Shown here: positions 18,690 through 29,573 of the stretch, piece after piece | How the letters are laid out: each line of letters starts with the position of its first letter | How positions within the stretch are numbered: position 1 is the stretch's first letter | Assembly: GCA_934129785.1 (NCBI GenBank) | Contig: CAKOWW010000007.1 | Coordinates: forward strand, 7,373-71,372 | Reading direction: 5' to 3' | Length of the DNA: 64,000 nucleotides | From: an uncultured Clostridia bacterium | GTDB taxonomy: Bacteria > Bacillota > Clostridia > TANB77 > CAG-508 | Notes under the pieces: model-generated | Told to the model about the DNA's origin: nothing | What the model saw: only the letters and a program-made list of their open reading frames with translations | The model's database searches: none | Program-made: the position numbers and the translations under genes

Positions 18690-20389
18690 CATATATAGAA
18701 GAATATTATCAGTTTTTATTGAAAAATCCAGATAAGGCATGTCATAAAGTTTTAGCTACATACAAGAAACTTGTACAGGACATATATAATCCTAAACAGG
18801 TTTCTTTTTTTAACGAAATAACAGAAGAACAAGAAATACATACATATATCTTTAATGAAATAAGAGGAAACAGACCAATAGATTTCATTGAAAAATTCTG
18901 TAAACATTCGAAAGGTAAGTGGGCAGGAAAACCAGTTTTGCTAGAATTGTGGCAAAAAGCTTTTATACAAGCTTTGTTTGGTTTTATAGATAAAGAAACA
19001 GAATTAAGAAAATACAAAAAAGGGATATTAGATGTTGGAAGAAAGAATGGAAAATCAACAATAGATGGTGGACTTGGAAATTATATGTTAACATCTGATG
19101 GAGAAGGCGGAGCAGAAGTATATTCTGTAGCGACAAAAAAAGACCAAGCAAAAGTTGTTTGGGAAGAAGCTAAAAGAATGATAAAGAAGAGTCCAGCTTT
19201 ATACAAAAGAGTTAGATGTTTAGTGAATGGTCTCTTTTATGATAAAACTGAAAGTTCATTTAAAGCTTTAGCATCTGATTCAAATTCGTTAGATGGATTA
19301 AATGCTTATTTTGTAATATGTGATGAAGTACACGCATGGAAAGATAAGAACTTATTAGATGTTATGTACGATTCTATGTCTGCTAGAGAACAGCCGTTAC
19401 TTTTAGAAACATCAACGATGGGAACGGTCAGAGAAAGTGTATTTGATAATGAATATGAATATGCTTCTGCTATAATAGATGGATACGAAGGAAAAGAAGG
19501 CGGAATTGCAGATGAAACTGTATTAGCGGTTATATACGAATTGGATAATGCTGATGAGTGGCAAGATGAGAAAAAATGGTACAAAGCCAATCCTGGGCTA
19601 GGCACAATAAAGAATGTAAAAGATTTGCGAGACAAAGTTAATAGAGCAAAGAATAATCCAACCGAATTAGCTAACCTACTATGTAAAGATTTTAATATAA
19701 GACAAAATGACCAAGACAAGTGGGTGAGTTTTGATATTGCAAACAATGAAGAACGATATAGTTTTGAAGATTTGTTTGACAATTATGCAGTTGCTGGTGT
19801 TGATTTATCAAGTACAACAGATTTAACATGTGCAACTCTATTAATCATAAAAAATAAAAAGAAATATGTTATACAGCAATATTTTATAGCTGGAGATAGA
19901 TTAGAATTTAAGATAAAAGATGACAAAATACCGTACGATAAATGGGAAAAAAGAGGACTAGTAACCGTATGCGAAGGAGCAAAAGTTGATTATTCGCAAG
20001 TAACTGAGTGGTTTCTAAAAATGAAAGATGAATACCAAATTGCGCCTCTATGGGTTGGATATGATCCATGGAACTCAAATTATTGGGTAGATGAAATGAA
20101 AGAAAATGGATTTGAGATGCTAGAGGTAAGGCAAGGAGCAAAGACAATGAGCAATCCGATGAAACAGCTAGAAGCGGACTTGATAGAGAAAAATGTAAAT
20201 TACAATAATAATCCGGTATTAAAATGGTGCTTATGTAATACAGCAGTAAAAAGAGATGACAATGATAACATAAGATCTGTCAAAGGAAAAAAACAAAGAG
20301 CAAGAATAGATGGTACAGTAAGCTTAATAATAGCCTACTGTATTTTATTTGAAAAAATGAATGATTATTTAGCACTACAGGAGGAGTAA
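18686..20389 (+). CDS. terminase large subunit
   Basis: 567 aa. Walker A-like VGRKNGKST, a Walker B/DE region (FVICDEVH) and a C-terminal nuclease domain. Confidence 0.92.
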   Translation: MTYIEEYYQFLLKNPDKACHKVLATYKKLVQDIYNPKQVSFFNEITEEQEIHTYIFNEIRGNRPIDFIEKFCKHSKGKWAGKPVLLELWQKAFIQALFGFIDKETELRKYKKGILDVGRKNGKSTIDGGLGNYMLTSDGEGGAEVYSVATKKDQAKVVWEEAKRMIKKSPALYKRVRCLVNGLFYDKTESSFKALASDSNSLDGLNAYFVICDEVHAWKDKNLLDVMYDSMSAREQPLLLETSTMGTVRESVFDNEYEYASAIIDGYEGKEGGIADETVLAVIYELDNADEWQDEKKWYKANPGLGTIKNVKDLRDKVNRAKNNPTELANLLCKDFNIRQNDQDKWVSFDIANNEERYSFEDLFDNYAVAGVDLSSTTDLTCATLLIIKNKKKYVIQQYFIAGDRLEFKIKDDKIPYDKWEKRGLVTVCEGAKVDYSQVTEWFLKMKDEYQIAPLWVGYDPWNSNYWVDEMKENGFEMLEVRQGAKTMSNPMKQLEADLIEKNVNYNNNPVLKWCLCNTAVKRDDNDNIRSVKGKKQRARIDGTVSLIIAYCILFEKMNDYLALQEE

Positions 20390-20390
20390 G

Positions 20391-21617
20391 ATGAAAAAAG
20401 AAAAAAGAAGCTTGTTTAACATGGTGTTTGGAAATAAAGTTCAAAAAATGGTAAATGAGACAACGTTAAAGTTGCTAAGCGGATATAATGCAACATATAC
20501 AGATATTTCAGATAATATTGCAGACAACATAATAGCAAGAGAATGCATCAACACTATAGCAACACATTGTGCAAAGATGATGCCCAAACACTATCAACAA
20601 AATGGTGAATTAAAAAACCATATTTCTGGGCAAATAAATTATATTATTAGTGTAAAACCCAATCCGTTTATGACTACATATGATTTTATATACAAGACAA
20701 TTAGTCTATTATTAGCACAAAACAATGAGTATATTTACATAGACATAGATGAAAAAGGATATTTAAGAGGATTATATCCGTTAAATCCATTATTTTGCAC
20801 ATTAGTCGAAGATGATGGTGAAGTTTGGCTCAAGTTTCAATTTATTGATGGTAATATTTACTATGTAAAATACAGCAGAATAATTCATTTAAAAAATTTC
20901 TATAACAAGCACGATTTCTATGGAGATACAAACCAAGTTTTAGACAAAGCGATAGAAACACAAACAGTTGCAGATGATGGGATAAAAAACGCAATAAAGA
21001 TAAGTGCATCACTAAGAGGAGTATTGAAAGCAGCAAATGCAATATTAAAAGATAAAGATATAAAAGATATGAAAAACAATTTTGTTCAAAGTTTATTATC
21101 AAGCACAGATGGGATAGGAAGCTTAGATGCAAGAATGGATTTTAAAGAAATAAATTTAAACCCAGTTTTATTAGAAAAAGAGCAGCTGGAAATGGTAAAC
21201 GGAAACATATATGGATACTTTATGATATCAGAAAATATTATAAAAAGTAAATATACAGCAGATGAATGGAATGCTTTCTACGAAAGTGTTTTAGAGCCGA
21301 AGGCAATACAAATGGGACAAGCTTTTACAAATGCAATATTTGGTGAAAAAGCGATTAAAGATGGACATAGAATAGAATTTTCTGTTAATCGTATAAAATA
21401 TGCAAAAACAGAAACGAAGATAACTTTAATAAAAGAAGCAGGAGCGCTTGGCTTAATAACTGTTGATGAAGGAAGAGAAATATTAGATTTGCCCGCGATT
21501 GGTGGAGAAGAAGGTAAAAAAAGATTACAAACATTAAATGTAATAAATGCAAATTTAGCAGACAAATATCAAGGAGGTGGAAATGATGGAAAAAGCAATA
21601 AAGGAAATGAGAATTAG
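20391..21617 (+). CDS. portal protein (HK97 family)
   Basis: 408 aa. Follows terL and precedes the protease, in the typical order. Confidence 0.88.
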   Translation: MKKEKRSLFNMVFGNKVQKMVNETTLKLLSGYNATYTDISDNIADNIIARECINTIATHCAKMMPKHYQQNGELKNHISGQINYIISVKPNPFMTTYDFIYKTISLLLAQNNEYIYIDIDEKGYLRGLYPLNPLFCTLVEDDGEVWLKFQFIDGNIYYVKYSRIIHLKNFYNKHDFYGDTNQVLDKAIETQTVADDGIKNAIKISASLRGVLKAANAILKDKDIKDMKNNFVQSLLSSTDGIGSLDARMDFKEINLNPVLLEKEQLEMVNGNIYGYFMISENIIKSKYTADEWNAFYESVLEPKAIQMGQAFTNAIFGEKAIKDGHRIEFSVNRIKYAKTETKITLIKEAGALGLITVDEGREILDLPAIGGEEGKKRLQTLNVINANLADKYQGGGNDGKSNKGNEN

Positions 21618-22152
21618 TGAATTAAGAGCTTTACAAGAAGAATCAGATGAAATGATAATTGAAGGATATGCGGCGGTATTTGAGCAAGAAACAGACTTAG
21701 GATGGTGTAAAGAAATTATAAGCAGAGAAGCTTTTAATGACTGCAACATGTCAGACTGTGTATTAAAATATAATCATAATGACAATTGCTTAATTTTAGC
21801 TAGAACTAGAAACAAAAGTTTAGAATTAATAGTAGATAGTAAAGGCTTAAAAATAAGAGCGAAATTGATAGATACAACACAAAATCAAGATATATACAAA
21901 ATGATAAAAGCAGGATTACTAGACAAAATGAGTTTTGCGTTTTCTGTAAGAAAACAGGAATGGGACTATGAAACAGACACAAGAAGAATTACAGAAATTG
22001 CGCAATTATTTGATGTTTCTGTAGTTGATGTTCCAGCTTATGATGGAACAGAAATATATGCAAGAAGTAAAGAAAATTATGAAGAAGAAAAACAAAAATA
22101 CAAAGAATACAAAAATGAAAAAGAAAGATTAGAATTGTGGTTAAGTTTATAA
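21583..22152 (+). CDS. prohead maturation protease (HK97 family)
   Basis: ATG after AAGGAGG. N-terminal IEGYAAVFE... block and a Ser/His protease-like core. Confidence 0.85.
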   Translation: MMEKAIKEMRISELRALQEESDEMIIEGYAAVFEQETDLGWCKEIISREAFNDCNMSDCVLKYNHNDNCLILARTRNKSLELIVDSKGLKIRAKLIDTTQNQDIYKMIKAGLLDKMSFAFSVRKQEWDYETDTRRITEIAQLFDVSVVDVPAYDGTEIYARSKENYEEEKQKYKEYKNEKERLELWLSL

Positions 22153-22167
22153 TCTTGATAAGAGAAG

Positions 22168-22239
22168 CGGTGGTAGAACTGCTTCTTTTTTGGTTGGTAG
22201 AAATCAAATAGAGAGTTTATAAAAACGGTGGTAGAACTG
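22168..22239 (+). repeat. three copies of a GGTGGTAGAA(C/A)T motif in the protease-capsid intergenic region
   Basis: CGGTGGTAGAACTG at 22168-22181 and 22226-22239 (exact). A degenerate TGGTTGGTAGAAAT lies at 22191-22204. The first copy sits in the hairpin AGAAGC...GCTTCT followed by a T run. Confidence 0.6.
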
Positions 22240-22269
22240 TTAAAAATAAAAAAATAGGAGGAATTAAAG

Positions 22270-23514
22270 ATGACTTTAAAAGAATTAAACGAAAAAAAAG
22301 AAGAATTAAGAAAAAGACTAGAGAATGCTAAACCAGAAGAATTAGAAGAAATAAGAAAAGAAGTGGAAGCATTAAAAGGTGTTGAAGTCGAAGAAGAAAA
22401 AACAAAGGAAATAGATGAAAGAAATCTATTGAAAGGAGCAATTGAAGATTTAGAAAAAAGAAATGTAAATCTTTCAAATGCAAAAGTTATTGAAAAACCA
22501 AAAAAGGAGGAAAGAAAAGTGAATGAAAAAGAATTAATCGAACAAAGAGCAAAAGATTTAAAAGAAGGAAAAACAGTTAGTATAGCATTTGATAATGCAG
22601 AACAAAGAAGCGTAACAGTCCAAGGTGGAACTATACTAGTGCCAAAAAAATACAAAAATGAAATATCAGAAAGCTTTAATGCTGTATCTGGGATGGTTGA
22701 CATGTTGAATACAGTACCACTAAATGGTGGAGACTCTTACAATGTAGCTTTTGAAAAAGGATATGGAGAAGGAGATTACAGTACAGAAGGTGGAGAATAT
22801 AAAGACATAGATGTTGAAACTGATTATGTTGAAACAGGTAGAGCTAAAATTACATCATATATCGAAGTAACAAAAGAAGTTAAAAAATTACCTGCTGCTG
22901 CATATTTAGCATTAATATCAAAAAGAGTAACTAGCTCAATTAAAAAGAAAATAGGTGCACAAGCAATTATAGGTGCTGGAACAACAAATACTATAAAAGG
23001 TATTTACAATGCAGATGTAAAAGTAATGCCAACAGAAGATGGCACAAGTGATATAGAATTAGCAGGTATAGATTCTGACACATTAAACGAAATTACTTTT
23101 GCGTATGGTGGAAATGAAGATGTTGAAGCTCCACAAACATTAATATTATCTAAAGAAGATTTAAAAGCTTTTGCAAAAGTAAAAACAGAAGATGGAAAAT
23201 TTGTTTATACTATAACAAAAAATGGAGCAAAAGGAACAATTGCTTATAAAGATGGAGGACTAGCTGTACCATTTGTCATCAATTCAGCTTGTAATTCAAT
23301 TTCAAATAAAGCAACAGCAACTGGAAAATACACAATGATTTATGGTTCATTAATGGACTTTGAATTACCTGTTTTCTCTGATTTAGAAGTTCAAGAAAGC
23401 ACAGATTATCAATTCAAAAAAGGCATGATTTGTTATAGAGCTGATGCTATCGTAGGTGGAACAGTATCTAAATATAATGGATTCGTAAGAGTAAAAAAAG
23501 CTAATGTTGTTTAA
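22270..23514 (+). CDS. major capsid protein (HK97 fold) with N-terminal coiled-coil delta/scaffold region
   Basis: 414 aa. AGGAGG RBS. Position after the protease. Confidence 0.9.
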   Translation: MTLKELNEKKEELRKRLENAKPEELEEIRKEVEALKGVEVEEEKTKEIDERNLLKGAIEDLEKRNVNLSNAKVIEKPKKEERKVNEKELIEQRAKDLKEGKTVSIAFDNAEQRSVTVQGGTILVPKKYKNEISESFNAVSGMVDMLNTVPLNGGDSYNVAFEKGYGEGDYSTEGGEYKDIDVETDYVETGRAKITSYIEVTKEVKKLPAAAYLALISKRVTSSIKKKIGAQAIIGAGTTNTIKGIYNADVKVMPTEDGTSDIELAGIDSDTLNEITFAYGGNEDVEAPQTLILSKEDLKAFAKVKTEDGKFVYTITKNGAKGTIAYKDGGLAVPFVINSACNSISNKATATGKYTMIYGSLMDFELPVFSDLEVQESTDYQFKKGMICYRADAIVGGTVSKYNGFVRVKKANVV

Positions 23515-23529
23515 AAATAGGAGGACTAT

Positions 23530-23829
23530 ATGGAAAAATTGTTGAAAATAACTAAGCAATGTTTGAGCATTGTGGAAACAGCAACGCTTAAAGATGAAGA
23601 AATCAAAATGCTTATAAAAGCAGGAATAGAAGATTTAAAAAGAATGGGAATCAATGTTACAGAAGACACTGACAATACATTAATTCAATCGACTATTATA
23701 ATGTTTGTTAAAGCAAATTTTGGAAATACAGATATAAAAGAAAAAGAACAAGCTCAAAAGACATATAGTCTTCTATGTAATAATTTAAGTTTAAGCACAG
23801 ATTATAAGGAGAGTGGTAGCAATGCGTGA
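23530..23829 (+). CDS. head-tail connector protein (gp6-like)
   Basis: 99 aa. Position and size. Confidence 0.7.
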   Translation: MEKLLKITKQCLSIVETATLKDEEIKMLIKAGIEDLKRMGINVTEDTDNTLIQSTIIMFVKANFGNTDIKEKEQAQKTYSLLCNNLSLSTDYKESGSNA

Positions 23830-24139
23830 TGTAAGTTGTAAATTGCTATCTACTCAAGTTTCAAAAGATAGCATAGGAGTTTCAAAACCAAAACAGGTAA
23901 TAGAAACTGAAGTTCCGTTGATAAAAGTAGAAGATGTTTATGCTAATGAGTTTTATAAAGCAAACGAGCAAGGATATAAACCGACCTTGAGACTGAAAAT
24001 TTCTCCTTTGAGTTACGAGAATCAATCAGAATTAATTTATATGAATCAGACATATACAATTATTCGTGTTCAAGAGAGTACAGCAGATGAGCTTATATTG
24101 ATTTGTGAAAGGAAAGTAAAAAATGTCAAAAGGAATTAA
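23822..24139 (+). CDS. head closure / head-tail adaptor protein
   Basis: ATG 23822 after AAGGAGAG. Sequence typical of SPP1 gp16-like head closure proteins. Confidence 0.7.
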   Translation: MRDVSCKLLSTQVSKDSIGVSKPKQVIETEVPLIKVEDVYANEFYKANEQGYKPTLRLKISPLSYENQSELIYMNQTYTIIRVQESTADELILICERKVKNVKRN

Positions 24140-24518
24140 AGTCGATGATTTATCAAAAGAAATAGAAAAAGCTTTAGTAGCATATTCTGATGATATTTCA
24201 GAATTAGTCAAAGAAGTAGCTGATGATGTAGGAAAAGAAGCTGTGCAAGAACTAAAAAATACTTCTCCAAAAAAGAAGCGAAAAGGTGGCAGATATGCGA
24301 AAGGTTGGAAACTAAAAAAAGAAAAACTAGGTAAGAATAAATATTCTGTTAAAATACATAACAAAACAGATTATCAACTGACACATTTACTAGAATTTGG
24401 ACATGCTACTAGAAATGGTGGAAGAACCAAAGCGATTCCACATATAAGGCCTGTAGAAGAAAAATATTCTAAAGAATATGAAGAAAAATTAAAACAAAAA
24501 ATAGGGGGTATACGATGA
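24123..24518 (+). CDS. HK97 gp10-family tail-component protein
   Basis: Motif YQLTHLLEFGH...R..IP..P. Confidence 0.75.
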   Translation: MSKGIKVDDLSKEIEKALVAYSDDISELVKEVADDVGKEAVQELKNTSPKKKRKGGRYAKGWKLKKEKLGKNKYSVKIHNKTDYQLTHLLEFGHATRNGGRTKAIPHIRPVEEKYSKEYEEKLKQKIGGIR

Positions 24519-24826
24519 CTTTAGAAGAATTAAGAATGAGATGTGAAGAACAAGGATTTCAATATTCATATGGAAAATTCGATGAAGAAGTAGAACCTCC
24601 GCATTTAGTTGCTATAACCACAGAGACTAATAATTTTTTAGCGGACAATAAAGTTTACATGAAAAAAGAAAAAATTCAACTAGATTATACATATATAAGC
24701 AAAGACATAGAAATGCAAAACAAAATAGAAAATGAAATTCTAAGCGATGTCGTTTGGAATAAAACAGAAGAAACTTATTTGTCAGATGAAAAAATTTGGC
24801 AAGTGAGTTATTTTTTTGAAATTTAA
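24515..24826 (+). CDS. tail completion-like protein (103 aa)
   Basis: Position between the gp10-like gene and the major tail gene. Confidence 0.55.
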   Translation: MTLEELRMRCEEQGFQYSYGKFDEEVEPPHLVAITTETNNFLADNKVYMKKEKIQLDYTYISKDIEMQNKIENEILSDVVWNKTEETYLSDEKIWQVSYFFEI

Positions 24827-24846
24827 AAGGAAAGAAGGAAATAAAA

Positions 24847-25428
24847 ATGGCAGAAACTGAAAATAAAGTTTTATATGGAATTAAAAATGTACATATTGCT
24901 AAGTTAACAGAGAATAATGGAAAAATTACTTATGGAGAACCTTTTGCTTTGCCAGGGGCTAAAGGATTTTCACCGGATCCCCAAGGAGAAGAATCTAAAT
25001 ATTATGCAGACAATATGATTTATTTTAGAAAAAACACAAATCAAGGATATCAAGGAAATTTAGTTGTTACATTATTAAATGAACAATTTGAAACTGAAAT
25101 ATTTGGAAGAACAAAAGATAAAAATGGAGCAATAATAGAAAATGCAGAAGATAAGGAATCAAGATTCGCGTTAATGTTTGAAGCTGATGGCGATGACAAA
25201 AAAAGAAGATACGTTTATTGGGACTGTACTGCATCAAGAGCAACTAGAGAACACAATACAAGAGAAGAAAGTTTTGAACCAGGAACAGATAGCCTTCCAA
25301 TTACAATAGCACCTCGTTCAACAGACAGTGCAATTGGAACCTATTTAGAACCAACAGAAGCCAACAAAACTATTTATGAAAAATTCTTTAGTAAAGTATA
25401 TGAAAAAGATGCAACAGCGGAAATATAG
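24847..25428 (+). CDS. major tail protein (phi13-like)
   Basis: 193 aa. N-terminal VLYGIKNVHIAKL. Position. Confidence 0.8.
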   Translation: MAETENKVLYGIKNVHIAKLTENNGKITYGEPFALPGAKGFSPDPQGEESKYYADNMIYFRKNTNQGYQGNLVVTLLNEQFETEIFGRTKDKNGAIIENAEDKESRFALMFEADGDDKKRRYVYWDCTASRATREHNTREESFEPGTDSLPITIAPRSTDSAIGTYLEPTEANKTIYEKFFSKVYEKDATAEI

Positions 25429-25438
25429 GAGGAAAATT

Positions 25439-25831
25439 ATGAAAACAATTGAAATTTGCGGTAAAAGATATCAAATTGATTGCAATGCGTTAACTTATAA
25501 AAACTATCGTAGCAAATTTAACACAGATATTTTTAGTGATATAAGAATTTTACAAGCGTTTTTAACTAAACAAGTTTTATTAGCTGAGAGTTTAAAAAAA
25601 GAAAATCCTGATATAGATGATTCTAACATAATTTCAAGTTTATCAACTTTAATGTTGGATGATATGGGATTATTCATTGAAGCGGCAACAAGAATGGCTT
25701 ATATAATGATATTAACAGCAAACAGAAAAGCACCGGAGTATGAAGAATGGCTAGAAGGAATACCAGCAATAAAAACAAATGATGAATGGATTGCAGAGGT
25801 AACGGAATTTGCCGTGAATTGCTTTTGTTGA
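25439..25831 (+). CDS. tail assembly chaperone (gpG-like)
   Basis: 130 aa acidic protein directly upstream of the tape measure gene. AGGAGG RBS. Confidence 0.75.
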   Translation: MKTIEICGKRYQIDCNALTYKNYRSKFNTDIFSDIRILQAFLTKQVLLAESLKKENPDIDDSNIISSLSTLMLDDMGLFIEAATRMAYIMILTANRKAPEYEEWLEGIPAIKTNDEWIAEVTEFAVNCFC

Positions 25832-26063
25832 CAATGAACTATATGAAAAAATTCAGAATATTAATACCGACAATGAAGAACTTATAGAAGAATATCCAGA
25901 GCAAGAATTTATAGCTTCCTGCTTGCGAGTGGGATTAACTATAGATGACTTGAAAGAAATTACATATATAGAAGCAATGAAAATCTTATATTCAACTATA
26001 GAAAAGAAGAAAAATAAAAAGGTAAGGAAAGCTACCCAAGCTGATTGGGATAGATTAATGTAA
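25818..26063 (+). CDS. gpT-like extension ORF without a start codon, in the +1 frame relative to gpG
   Basis: Open from 25818 to stop 26061-26063 with no ATG/GTG/TTG near its 5' end. Ends ...KATQADWDRLM. Overlaps the gpG 3' end by 14 nt. Confidence 0.6.
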   Translation: MAFVDNELYEKIQNINTDNEELIEEYPEQEFIASCLRVGLTIDDLKEITYIEAMKILYSTIEKKKNKKVRKATQADWDRLM

Positions 26064-26087
26064 GAGGCTATTTAGCCTCTTATTTTA
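26062..26087 (+). terminator. hairpin AAGAGGC/GCCTCTT with a short T tract between the chaperone and tape measure genes
   Basis: 7-bp GC-containing stem, 6-nt loop. Confidence 0.4.
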
Positions 26088-26105
26088 GTATAAGAGGTGA
26101 AAAAA

Positions 26106-29100
26106 ATGGCGAATATAAAAGGAATTATGGTAGAAATTGGTGGGGATACATCAAACTTACAAAATGCATTAAAGAAAGTTAATTCTAGCACAGCTAGTTT
26201 AAGCAAGGAATTAAAAGGAATTAACTCTTTACTTAAGCTAGACCCAAAAAATACAGAGCTATTATCACAAAAGCAAACAGTTCTAAAACAAAATATAGAA
26301 CAAACTTCTAAGAAATTAGAAGAATTAAAAAATGCACAAGAAATGGCTGATAGCACAATAGCAAGTGGTGGAAAAATTTCTCAAGAAAATTATAGAAATT
26401 TACAAAGAGAAATATTTGTTACTGAAAACAAGTTAAACAGCTTAAAAGCGGAAGCTTCTAATTGGTCAAAAGCAGGAAAGAGTATAGAAGAATTTGGCAA
26501 CAAGATAACAAATATATCAAATAAGATCGATAATATGGGTAATACTCTAACAACAAAGTTAACATTACCTATAGTTGGAATAACTACAACAGCAATTGCT
26601 TCAATGGATGATGTGGATGAAGGATTAGATACTATTGCAACAAAAACTGGAGCTACGGGTTCAATAGCAAAAGAATTGCAACAGATATATAAAGAAGTCG
26701 CAAGTGAAGTGCCAGGCGATTTTGCTGATATTGGAGCAGCTATAGGAGAAATTAATACTAGGTTAGACTTGACAGGAGGTAAACTAAAGACAGCATCTAT
26801 AGATTTCTTAAAATTTGCGAAAGTAAACGGAACAGATGTAAATACTTCTGTGCAGTTGGTTACTAGAGCAATGGGAGATGCAGGAATAGAAGCCGATAAG
26901 TACTCAGAATTATTAGATATGCTTACTGTAGCAGGACAAAAAAGTGGGATTTCTATAGAATCACTAACGACAAATCTTGCTAAATATGGTGCACCAATGA
27001 GAGCTTTAGGCATAGATACAAAAAATGCAATTGCAATGTTTGCTCGGATGGGAGAAAGCAGGAGTAAATACAGAGATTGCATTTTCTGGAATGAAAAAAG
27101 CTATATCGAACTGGGGAGCAGCAGGAAAAGATTCTACAAAAGAATTTAGTAAAACTTTAAAAGAAATAGAAAAATGTCCAACGATTGCAAAAGCGACTAC
27201 AAAAGCGATTTCAGTATTTGGTGCAAAAGCGGGACCAGACCTAGCAGATGCAATAAAAGGAGGAAGATTTGAATTTCAAAAATATATAGAAGCATTAGAT
27301 AGTGGAAAAGGAACAATAGAAAGTACATATGAACAAATAATCGATGAAGTAGATGATACCCAACTTGCAATGCAAAATGCAAAAGTTGCAATGCATGATG
27401 CAGGAGAAATTGCGGCAAAAACGATTGGCCCAATTTTGTTGGATTTGTCAAAAAAATTTAAGGGGCTAATGGAAAATTTTGATAAATTGAGTGACAAAGA
27501 GAAAAAACAGATTTTAAATATGATAGCAATAACAGCATCAATAGGACCAGCAGTTAAAATTTTAAGTGCACTTGGAAAAACAGTAGGAACAGGAACTAAA
27601 GCAATAGGAACATTCACACAAGCTGTTGGCCTTATAGGAAAAACAAGTACAGATGCTTTTAAAAAAGCTTCAGAAGGAACACAATCTTTAGCGAGTGGAT
27701 TAACTTTTTTAACATCTCCTGCTGGATTTGCAACAGTAGCTATAACTGCAGCAGCAGGTGCGGTAGTATATTTTGCAACAAAGCAAACAGAAGCACAAAA
27801 GAAAGCAAAAGAATTTGCAGAAGAAATGGCAAATTCAAGACAATCATTAGAAGAATATAATCAAAATATAGACAAAACAACAAGTGCAAATTTAGCTCAA
27901 ATGGATTCTGCAAGCAAGTTAAAAAATGAATTAACTACATTAGTAGACGAAAATGGAAAAGTCAAACAAGGATATGAAAGTAGAGTTTCATTCATATTAA
28001 ATGAACTAAATAATGCATTAGGAACTGAATATAAACTAAACGGAAATATAGTTCAAAGTTATAAAGATTTGCAAGGTGAAATAGATAATACTTTAGAAAA
28101 AAAGAGAGCAGAAATACAACTTAATGCAGAAGAAGAACAATATAAAAATGCAATAGAAAACCAAAAGGATTCAGTAGAAAAATTGAAGATAGCTCAAGAA
28201 AATTTAGGAATGACAATAGAAGATGCAAAACAAAAATATCAAGATTATACGGAAGCAGTAAGTGAAGCACAAAAAAAACGGAGACAAAGATGCTCAATTA
28301 AATTTATTGTTACAAAAGAAAGAAATGGATGCATTGAAAGACAAAATTGATGCTTACGATGATGCAGAGTGGGAAGTTAAAGACTATACTGATAAGACAA
28401 AAAAATACGAAGAAGATTATGCGAAATTTACAGAAGGAAAATACAGTGAAATAGGCAACGCAATAAAAGCATCGACAGAAGATTGGACAACAAAAACTTT
28501 AGAAGAAATAAACAAATCTATTGGAGAACAAAGCAATGCAATGGAACAATATAAACAGATATATGAAAATACAGGAAATCAAGTTGCATTAGAATTATCA
28601 CAACAAGCACAACAGAATTTGGATAATTTAACTCAAGAACTTGTTAAAAGAACACAAACATTAGCTGAATTAGGGCCACAGGAAGTTGAAGCTTGGAAGA
28701 AAGTGGCAAGTGATAGTTATTCGTCTTATAGCGAAGAGGTTGCTAAAATGCCAGCCGAAATGCAACAAAAAATACAAGAAGCTACAGGAGTTATTGCAGG
28801 AGGAACTCCACAAATGCAGGAAAAAGCAGAGGAGTTAGGAAGAAAAACAGTCGAAGAATTTGATAAATCTGCAGAAGCGAAGAAAAATGCTTTGAATACA
28901 ATAACTGGATATTTAAATGGACTATCGGATGAAGACAAAAGAGAATTAATAAAACAAGCAGGTATAGAAGATGTAGATAAAGTATTAGAGGAGTTGAATA
29001 GAGGAGATTTATCAGAAGAGAACGGAAAAAACATCTTAGAAGGATTATGGAAAGGACTTAAAGATGGAACTTGGCAAGGCAAAATACTAGGAGCTGCATC

Positions 29101-29485
29101 AGGATTAGCTCAAGCAGTAAATAAAGCTTTTACCGGTAAAGATGGATGGGATGAACATTCGCCATCTAAAAAAATGAAAAAGTTTGCAGAATATTATATA
29201 CAACCTATTTCAGATGTAATGAATGCCCGAAAAAAAAACATCGTATCTACAGCGAAAGCATTAGCTAGTAATGTTAATGATGTATTTAATGAACAAATGA
29301 ACATACCTCAGGTAAATGATTTTGGAAAATTGCAAGGAAATTTAAGCAGAGAAATTGCAAACAATACAAGTACTGTGAATAACAATAATAAAATAATATT
29401 TCAAATATATCCACAACAACTAACAGAGAAAGAATTAGACAAAGCGGTAGATTATTTAAATAAAAAATTAGGGCAGTATATATAA
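26106..29485 (+). CDS. tail tape measure protein, three frames joined at CGG 27045-27047 and CGG 28279-28281
   Basis: Three consecutive overlapping ORFs (26097-27149, 27025-28350, 28262-29485), each +1 relative to the previous one. TP901-type TMP core. About 1125 aa when joined. Confidence 0.88.
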
Positions 29486-29573
29486 TATATTATTATTTTC
29501 GACATTTTTCGACAAAAAAATACTAAAAAGTATGATACACTCTTTTTATAAGTATAAAAAAGGGGGACAATAA

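Noticed and set aside
22077-22703. 208-aa minus-strand ORF; likewise 26390-27082, 10743-11201, 301-720, 1478-1909, 44448-44930, 55479-55943, 60416-60919 and other long antisense ORFs
   Set aside because: They are antisense to well-supported genes (capsid, TMP, dnaB-like, ligA, tmcAL, queH, polA). They are Ser/Phe/Leu-rich with no RBS or motifs.
25819-25885. Canonical -1 frame for the gpG/gpT chaperone fusion
   Set aside because: The -1 frame closes after about 22 codons (LLLLTMNYMKKFRILIPTMKNL) and shows no gpT-like sequence. The +1 frame carries the 81-codon extension.
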